From contig CAZFTR010000002.1 of NCBI GenBank assembly GCA_964522405.1, positions 72,032-136,031 of the forward strand: a DNA stretch of 64,000 bases, in the 5' to 3' direction. Source of the DNA: an uncultured Gammaproteobacteria bacterium. Lineage in GTDB: Bacteria; Patescibacteriota; Patescibacteriia; Magasanikbacterales; UBA922. The notes beneath the pieces were generated by a model. That model had not been told where the DNA came from and ran no database searches. It was given only the letters and a program-made list of their open reading frames with translations. Each line of letters starts with the position of its first letter. The first letter of the stretch is position 1. Positions 57,981 through 64,000 of the stretch are shown piece by piece. The translations under genes were made by a program, and so were the position numbers.

Positions 57981-58023
57981 GTCTTCGTCCTACAGGCTAG
58001 GTCAGGTAAGTAGTAAAAATATT

Positions 58024-58332
58024 ATGTTAGATCTAAAAAAACTTCAAAAAGAAACACTTGAGCTCAAGAAGAGACAAGGTTTTAATACTAGTAATATTGA
58101 AATGGAGTTTTGTCTTATTCATGAAGAAGTTTCAGAAGCTTTTCGAGCTTATTATAGTAAGCTCCCGGATTTGGGAGAGGAGATAGCTGATATTGCCATT
58201 TATCTGGCCGGACTTTCTGAAATACTTGGTATTGATTTAGAAACTGAAATTATTGCTAAAATGGCCAAGAATCAAAAGAGAGAATACCAGAAAATAGATG
58301 GAGTATTGAAAAGAACCAAAGAAGCAGAATAA
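58024..58332 (+). CDS. MazG-like nucleotide pyrophosphohydrolase domain protein
   Basis: EEVSEAFRA...EEIADIAIYL all-alpha NTP-PPase motifs. The start is set downstream of tRNA-Ser and a terminator follows at 58333-58358. Confidence 0.6.
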   Translation: MLDLKKLQKETLELKKRQGFNTSNIEMEFCLIHEEVSEAFRAYYSKLPDLGEEIADIAIYLAGLSEILGIDLETEIIAKMAKNQKREYQKIDGVLKRTKEAE

Positions 58333-58415
58333 AATCCCCGTGATAGGGGATTTTTTATATGCCTTCTTTGCAATTTCAAATAAAAAAGCTATAATAGAGA
58401 TAATTAATCTAATTT

Positions 58416-59297
58416 ATGAAAAAGAAATTTATAACATTATTCGGGGTTATTTTTTTAGTAGCCTTATCGGCTTTTTTTGTTCTTAAAGAAAATCAGTATA
58501 TGGAATTAGATATTTCTAAGGAAATTACCCATGAAGCAGAAATGGATTTGCGAATAGACAGTATTCGTTTGGTCATGGCATCAAATGCTGACGGCTTCAA
58601 TGATCTTTATTTTGACTTGTATTTAGATCGTCCGGATTTGAATTTGGTTCAGCCGGAAAACGCTGGGAATATGTTAACTGTTGATCTTGAGCCTGGGTTG
58701 CAGCCAAAATATATGTATGTTAGTGAAGTTGAAGATTTGGCAAAAGACACTGGAAATATCTGTGATCGACCTAGATTTCCTCATGAGTGTAGATATGCAT
58801 TTACAGAAGGAAAAAGATTGGATGGGCCACAGGATTTGCTTGTAAAAGTTTTATTTGAGGATGGTGGATATGCCCAAAAACAGGTTTCAGTGTCTGTTCC
58901 AGAGGTGATTGAGTCTGCTGTTATTACTGAGCCAGAGAAAACACCTGCGCAAGGGGGTAAATTTACCATGAAATTCAGAGATGTTGGCGCAGATAAATAT
59001 GAGGTGGGTGTTTATATGTGCAATGAATATCAAAATGATGGTATAAATCCTTGTTTGGATAATTATGAATTTAGTTTAGTCAAGAAAAAAGACAATTTTG
59101 TTTTAGAAGATGATTATTGGTCTGATTTGAATTTACAAATAAACAAAGAAGGGGGTAGTATTGTTATAAATTCTAATATTGAGTTATTTTTTGAAGAATC
59201 TATGCAGTATACTGTCAAAGCAATTGTAAATTCAGTCTCAGAAAATAAAATCCCAATGAGTGCTGAATCTTTCTATTCAAAAGTTTTGAAAAAATAA
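58416..59297 (+). CDS. hypothetical secreted/membrane-anchored protein
   Basis: N-terminal signal/TM helix. No recognisable domain. Confidence 0.45.
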   Translation: MKKKFITLFGVIFLVALSAFFVLKENQYMELDISKEITHEAEMDLRIDSIRLVMASNADGFNDLYFDLYLDRPDLNLVQPENAGNMLTVDLEPGLQPKYMYVSEVEDLAKDTGNICDRPRFPHECRYAFTEGKRLDGPQDLLVKVLFEDGGYAQKQVSVSVPEVIESAVITEPEKTPAQGGKFTMKFRDVGADKYEVGVYMCNEYQNDGINPCLDNYEFSLVKKKDNFVLEDDYWSDLNLQINKEGGSIVINSNIELFFEESMQYTVKAIVNSVSENKIPMSAESFYSKVLKK

Positions 59298-59300
59298 TTT

Positions 59301-59987
59301 ATGGATAGTGTTGAGGTAAGAAAATTTATAGAAAATTCTTTAAAAAATCATCTCTCAGAAGAAGATATTTATGCTGATTTGATTAAAAAAGGTTTAAAGA
59401 TAAAAGAAATAAAAGATCTTTTGGAAAACGCTAGGACAGAAAAAAATCAAGATCAAACAGAAAAAAGAACTATAAAAGTAGTTCTAACTATAGGGGCTGT
59501 TCTTGTTGGTGCTGGGGTTTTTTCTCTAATTGCTTCAAATTGGGAGGATATGGCAAAAGCTTGGAAAGTTTTTGTTATAGTTTTTTCTATGTTACTTTCA
59601 TATTTTGCAGCATGGTATTTTTCCCAGAAAAAGGGCTACGAGAAAACTGGTTCAGCTTTGTATCTTCTGGGAATTTTGATTTATGGCGCTGGAATTTTCC
59701 TAATTGCTCAGATTTTTAATATTAGTGCTAATTGGCCGGATGGTTTTATTCTTTGGATGTTTGGAAGTTTGACTCTTTATTTTGCTGTGAAGAATAAAAT
59801 CTTCCTCTATTTGTCATTTGTACTTGGCCTTTTTTCTATTTTTGGACATCCGGCAGCTGTTTTTGATGTTTTTCATGTTCATGATCGGTTTTTGTTAACT
59901 TCTTCTGTATTTTTGCTACTTGCTGCTGTGGTTTGTTTTGTAGTGGCGAGTATTGTTGAAAAAAAGAATTTTAAAATTGATACTTAG
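59301..59987 (+). CDS. DUF2157-like membrane protein
   Basis: Soluble N-terminal helical region followed by several TM helices. It is first in a triad with the DUF4401-like and GDYXXLXY genes. Family name from memory. Confidence 0.45.
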   Translation: MDSVEVRKFIENSLKNHLSEEDIYADLIKKGLKIKEIKDLLENARTEKNQDQTEKRTIKVVLTIGAVLVGAGVFSLIASNWEDMAKAWKVFVIVFSMLLSYFAAWYFSQKKGYEKTGSALYLLGILIYGAGIFLIAQIFNISANWPDGFILWMFGSLTLYFAVKNKIFLYLSFVLGLFSIFGHPAAVFDVFHVHDRFLLTSSVFLLLAAVVCFVVASIVEKKNFKIDT

Positions 59988-59988
59988 T

Positions 59989-60143
59989 GTCATCCCGAGC
60001 GGAGTTTTCTGAAAGAAAAATGAAGCCGAGGGATCCCTGTCTATGTAGTAGAAAGAGTGGATTAAAAGTGTTGCATTCTACTGTATAGACAGGGATCCCT
60101 CGGCTACGTCCCTTACTTCGTAGAGACTCCGCTCGGGATGAAA
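59989..60143. repeat. 155-bp element with 16-bp perfect terminal inverted repeats and a nested internal palindrome; MITE-like or structured RNA
   Basis: Outer IR TCATCCCGAGCGGAGT pairs with ACTCCGCTCGGGATGA. An inner stem of about 27 bp pairs AGCCGAGGGATCCCTGTCTATGTAGTAGAA with TTCTACTGTATAGACAGGGATCCCTCGGCT. A partial copy lies at 16057-16106. Confidence 0.55.
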
Positions 60144-60164
60144 ATTTCTATTAACTAACATAAT

Positions 60165-61205
60165 ATGTTCGGAATAGTAGCAGTATTTATAACCACTTTT
60201 TTTCTGGCCTTGTTTTTATTCAAAGCAGGTTCTTTTTTCTTTTCAAAGACTAAACATGAAAATCTGCAATTTTTTGATTCTAAAAAGTCCCTGATTGCTG
60301 AGAGCTTTTTTGCTTTTTTCATTTTGTTTCTGACCATAAGTTTAGTCGGATTTAACCATGACTTTGGTGGTTTTTTTGAATGGTATACAGTTATTTTGCT
60401 GTGTTCTGTGTTGGGTTTTTTCTTGGCTTACAGAAAAAACTTGGTTTTACTTTTGTTTTTAGCAGTTTCAGGATTAATTGCCTGGTGGGTGGGATTGATG
60501 TTGGATTTTTCAGATATATACAATATTAGTCCTGTTTCAGCAAGCTCAGGCATAATGATACTTGGTATAGGTCTTTATTCCTTTGGAAGATTGTTGGATA
60601 GTGAGAAAAATCAGAAAAGATTTGCCTTGATTTATAAGTTTTTTGGTATTCTTACTACAACTTCAGTTTTATTTGCTTTTTCTTCCAAACAAGCACTTAA
60701 AATGTTAAATAATACTGTTGTTGAATATTCTGCTTATCATCATTGGCAGATTTTCTTTTTTGTATTATTTTTTCTTTTTGCATTGGCCATGATTTTTTGG
60801 ACAAAGAAAAACCAGACAATAGCAATTTGGGAGTTTACAGGTTCACTTTTTTTGATTTCTCTGTTTGCTTTGATTAGCTATTTTCCATTTCCACAATTAT
60901 TCTCAGGTTTATATTTAGCAGATCTTTCAACTTCAGGATTAGTTTGGGCTGTTGTCTTGAACTTAACACTTTTTTTCTATCTTTTTGGCTTTATTATGCT
61001 GGGATACCAGAGAAAAGAGGAGACCTTGATAAATTTTGGAAGCTTTTTCTTATTTGTTTTTATTTTGGTAAAATACTTTGATTGGTTTTTTAGTTTTATG
61101 GACAAAAGTGTATTTTTTATCGGAGCAGGGTTTTTGATGTTTGTAGTTGGTTGGTTTATGGAGCGCAGTAGAAAATTTCTCATAAACGAAATTGAAACTA
61201 AGTAA
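60165..61205 (+). CDS. DUF4401-like polytopic membrane protein
   Basis: 346 aa with at least 10 TM helices, placed between the DUF2157-like and GDYXXLXY genes. Family name from memory. Confidence 0.45.
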   Translation: MFGIVAVFITTFFLALFLFKAGSFFFSKTKHENLQFFDSKKSLIAESFFAFFILFLTISLVGFNHDFGGFFEWYTVILLCSVLGFFLAYRKNLVLLLFLAVSGLIAWWVGLMLDFSDIYNISPVSASSGIMILGIGLYSFGRLLDSEKNQKRFALIYKFFGILTTTSVLFAFSSKQALKMLNNTVVEYSAYHHWQIFFFVLFFLFALAMIFWTKKNQTIAIWEFTGSLFLISLFALISYFPFPQLFSGLYLADLSTSGLVWAVVLNLTLFFYLFGFIMLGYQRKEETLINFGSFFLFVFILVKYFDWFFSFMDKSVFFIGAGFLMFVVGWFMERSRKFLINEIETK

Positions 61206-61833
61206 TATGAAATTAAACAAAACTCAAAAAATTTTAGTGGCAGTTTTGGTACAAGTTTTGATACTGGGATTTTTATTATTGTCAAAATATTTTTTGTTCG
61301 CAAATGGAACAGAAATAATCTTGAGAATTTATCCGATCGATCCAACAGATCCTCTGAGAGGGGACTATATAACTTTTGAATACGATATTTCAGAGATTTA
61401 TGATTATAATCAAGGAGTAGTAAATGAGGGTGATACAGTGTATATTCCTATCAATAAAACAGGTAAATATTGGTACGCCAGAAACGAGATAATCCTAAAG
61501 GAAAAACCAGAAACAGGCTTATTTATAAAGGGTGTGGTAGAAGAAGTAGATAAAAGAGGTGGTTTCGAAGAGCCAATACCTCTTCCTCCTCCACCAAAAG
61601 AATCAAGAGAAGATATGGTTGTTGAAGTGGGTCCAGAAATGGATGAAGAGCTTGGCTATTATGTAGAAAATCTAGTTCAGATAAAGTATGGAATCGAAGA
61701 ATATTTTATCCCAGAAGGCGTGGGAAGAGATTTTGATTTTAGTTCAAAAGATATTTCTGCCAAAGTTGTTATAGATAGTAATGGCGAAGCAATGCTTAAA
61801 CAAGTATTTATAGATAATCAACCTTGGCCATAG
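61192..61833 (+). CDS. GDYXXLXY domain protein
   Basis: N-terminal TM helix followed by the GDYITFEY motif, which matches the GDYXXLXY family signature. Confidence 0.6.
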   Translation: MKLSNMKLNKTQKILVAVLVQVLILGFLLLSKYFLFANGTEIILRIYPIDPTDPLRGDYITFEYDISEIYDYNQGVVNEGDTVYIPINKTGKYWYARNEIILKEKPETGLFIKGVVEEVDKRGGFEEPIPLPPPPKESREDMVVEVGPEMDEELGYYVENLVQIKYGIEEYFIPEGVGRDFDFSSKDISAKVVIDSNGEAMLKQVFIDNQPWP

Positions 61834-61837
61834 ATAC

Positions 61838-62143
61838 ATGAAGCTATTTTTTTCCGGAAACTACCAGTACAATCATCGAATTCTTCTCCAAAAATGCGGA
61901 TATGCTGAGATATCAAATAGACAGGGACAGATTAGCTATGTTCGGGTTTTTGGTAGAAGTGGATATCCTAGGTTTCATTGTTATGTGCAGAGGGATGAGG
62001 AGGGTTTTAGAGTAAATTTACATATTGATCAGAAAAAGCCCAGCTATGGTTCAAATACGGCTCACAGTGGAGAGTACGAAGGAGAAATAGTAGAAGCAGA
62101 AGCATTTAGGATTAAAAAGATCATAAACAGTTTATCAAGATAA
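61838..62143 (+). CDS. hypothetical protein
   Basis: 101 aa ORF with no motif recognised. Confidence 0.35.
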   Translation: MKLFFSGNYQYNHRILLQKCGYAEISNRQGQISYVRVFGRSGYPRFHCYVQRDEEGFRVNLHIDQKKPSYGSNTAHSGEYEGEIVEAEAFRIKKIINSLSR

Positions 62144-62245
62144 AGGTATTTTACCTTTTTTTTGGATTATGTTAAGATTTAATAGATTTACAACAATAAC
62201 AGTGATGAGCGAGGGCGCTGTATAATATATATAATTAAATTTTAT

Positions 62246-63001
62246 ATGCCTCCAAAAAAGAAAACTCCAAGCAAAAAACCTGTCCCAACACCGAAACCAC
62301 TGGAAAAGCCATCTTCTAGTCCGGGATTGGTTATTTTTCCAATAATAATAATTGCTATCATAGTTATAGTATTGGTTATGTTTGCAGCTCAGAATAACAA
62401 AGCTGAAATTCTTGAGAAAGAAATTGCAACTTTGAAAACTGAGATTAAAACTGAGATATTAGATGTAGAATCAAAAGTAAATGATATAGAAGCAGAAAAG
62501 CTAGCAGAAGAAGAGGCCGAAAAAGCAGAAGAAGAGAGATTGGCTAGTATAAATACTTACAAAAGTTCCTTGCATGGTTTCTCTGTGGAATATCCTATTG
62601 GGTATAAGGTAGACCAAATTGAAACCAAAACAAATGAAACCCTACAAGAAACAGTAATTTTGATTAGAAAATCTGATCAAGAGAAATACCAAGACACTAT
62701 GGAGGGTGGACCAAGTGTTTATCTTGAAGTTTTGTCTAATCCTGATGGATTATCAGTTGATGAATGGGCAAAAGAAAACCAGCAATATTCAAATTTTGAT
62801 GAAAATGTTGATGATCAGGAGTTCAAAACAGTGGGTGGTATGAGAGCTTTTGTTTATTCCAATCAAGGTTTGGGCGGGTTTGATTATTACTTATTTGAAT
62901 ATGGAGAAAATATTTTTTTGGGTAGTGTAAATTACTATGAAGAAGATGACACAATTAGACTTGATATGCTCAAGATTTTGGATAGTTTGGAATTAGAATA
63001 A
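62246..63001 (+). CDS. hypothetical membrane-anchored protein with Pro/Lys-rich N-terminus
   Basis: One TM helix followed by a coiled-coil and a beta-rich C-terminal domain. Confidence 0.45.
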   Translation: MPPKKKTPSKKPVPTPKPLEKPSSSPGLVIFPIIIIAIIVIVLVMFAAQNNKAEILEKEIATLKTEIKTEILDVESKVNDIEAEKLAEEEAEKAEEERLASINTYKSSLHGFSVEYPIGYKVDQIETKTNETLQETVILIRKSDQEKYQDTMEGGPSVYLEVLSNPDGLSVDEWAKENQQYSNFDENVDDQEFKTVGGMRAFVYSNQGLGGFDYYLFEYGENIFLGSVNYYEEDDTIRLDMLKILDSLELE

Positions 63002-63051
63002 ATTAAATATAAACAAAAAACAGGCTTTGGCCTGTTTTTTAATATTCTATT

Positions 63052-63861
63052 TTATCTTCTCTTCCTGAAAGGAAAAAGCATAAAATAAGAAACCAGTAAA
63101 TGAAAAATAGAAATAACTGTTGCATAAGTGAAAATAGCCACAAAAATACCTAGGTATTGATTTACTTTTAGAACATACTTGGTAATGTCCACTCCAACTA
63201 GAAGAGTAATTCCATTTACAAGTAAGAGTAAAATCACTAGCCAGATAAATCCATTCCACATTCCTTGCCTGTCTTTTCGACTTGGGGCAATATGAGAGCT
63301 AATACAAAAAGAAAGATAAACAAAAAGCCAGAATTTCCAGGAGCTTAGGTTTTCCGGAGTAAATAAATTAACCAAACTTGCTTTGACAGAATAAAGAATA
63401 TCCAAAAATCCAGAGAAATCAGATTTGAGTGGCGCAAAAACCTCTTTTCCATTTGGAACCAGCCAGAAAAGTAAGAAAACCATGATCAGCGATCCAAAAA
63501 TCATGGGCGCAGCTCCGATAAAAAAATTTCCAATTTTCTGGTAAGTGCTTTTCCTGTCATAACTGTGGTCGACATGGCCTAGGCGTCCAGTTGACTGGTC
63601 TGGTCTAAATAGATTTATTTGTTCAATTTTATGACGAAAAATTTTTGCAAAAAAAGCATGGCCCAGCTCATGAACCGGAGTACCAATCCAGGCAGTCCAG
63701 AGAATTCCTTTCCAGCCAGTGCTGCGGAAATATTGTTTTTGAGTCCAGTCCTGGAGTTTTGAGAGAATATATCCAAAAGCAAAGAATATGCCAAGAACTC
63801 CGATAATTTGAGTAATTACGGTGGTTAATAGGACAATAGAGTATTCTTTTAGTTTATCCAT
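63052..63861 (-). CDS. membrane zinc metalloprotease (HExxH; site-2-protease/DUF3267-like)
   Basis: HELGH embedded in a TM region, polytopic. Confidence 0.55.
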   Translation of the reverse strand: MDKLKEYSIVLLTTVITQIIGVLGIFFAFGYILSKLQDWTQKQYFRSTGWKGILWTAWIGTPVHELGHAFFAKIFRHKIEQINLFRPDQSTGRLGHVDHSYDRKSTYQKIGNFFIGAAPMIFGSLIMVFLLFWLVPNGKEVFAPLKSDFSGFLDILYSVKASLVNLFTPENLSSWKFWLFVYLSFCISSHIAPSRKDRQGMWNGFIWLVILLLLVNGITLLVGVDITKYVLKVNQYLGIFVAIFTYATVISIFHLLVSYFMLFPFRKRR

Positions 63862-64000
63862 AGATAAATGCGCCTACTACAATAGTAATGTTTATAACAA
63901 AAAGTAGAATATACATAAAAACCAATGGTTTTTCTTTGTGGACTACGCCATAAACCAGCCAGACCAGGTTTGCTACTATGTATCCGCTGTAAGCAATTAC
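63855..64000 (-). CDS. partial ORF at the window edge; C-terminus of a small membrane protein, possibly SemiSWEET/PQ-loop-like
   Basis: The translation ends ...ANLVWLVYGVVHKEKPLVFMYILLFVINITIVVGAFIYG. The stop overlaps the downstream ATG (ATGGATAA), and the 5' end lies outside the window. Confidence 0.25.

Noticed and set aside
57819-58023. ORFs 57819..58013 and the 5' part of 57925..58332 overlapping tRNA-Ser
   Set aside because: They overlap a confidently folded tRNA gene. The MazG-like protein has a clean start at 58024.

Overview
This is an AT-rich window (about 33-35% GC by eye) with standard stop codon usage; TGA ends the comEC-like gene and TAG ends hppA. Gene content looks like a small-genome, Patescibacteria/CPR-like bacterium, but that lineage assignment is inference. 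Three ordinary blocks make up most of it. (1) A roughly 19 kb surface-glycan biosynthesis cluster at 121-19487: four SDR epimerase/dehydratases, a DegT aminotransferase, an FkbM methyltransferase, two UDP-sugar dehydrogenases, five glycosyltransferases, AsnB, a priming sugar-phosphotransferase on the opposite strand and an S8 protease. No Wzx or Wzy is seen. (2) Housekeeping and type IV pilus/competence genes: pilT, PBP2, HU, rny, truB, hppA, infB, trxA, gdh, suhB, leuS, comEC, pilM, a CheY-like regulator, pilin, pilD, ligA, gatCA, lgt, plus tRNAs Glu(CUC), CAU and Ser(GGA). (3) A DUF2157 / DUF4401 / GDYXXLXY membrane-protein triad. The striking observation is a series of short GC-rich islands (about 55-62% GC) set into intergenic gaps of this AT-rich backbone. 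Five look like self-contained promoter-SD-ORF-terminator cassettes encoding small unknown proteins: 23467-24171, 26759-26983 (-), 31797-32240, 32535-32840 and 39275-39682 (-). The pair at 31.6-33.0 kb is a tandem duplication sharing leader similarity and a 110-bp 3' repeat. Several others are non-coding GC-rich stretches closed by long inverted repeats (19971-20210, 44986-45328, 49165-49294, 53311-53398). One further element with 16-bp terminal inverted repeats (59989-60143, partial copy at 16057-16106) is not GC-rich. Other notable points are a NUDIX-box domain inserted in the CP1 region of LeuS, a clean candidate sRNA gene next to a tRNA-like element at 29.1-29.3 kb, a TCCGGATA-box motif cluster present twice, 88-bp tandem repeats upstream of pilM, a frameshifted methyltransferase, and a fused double LOG-family protein. 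No CRISPR, integrase or recognisable defence genes were seen.
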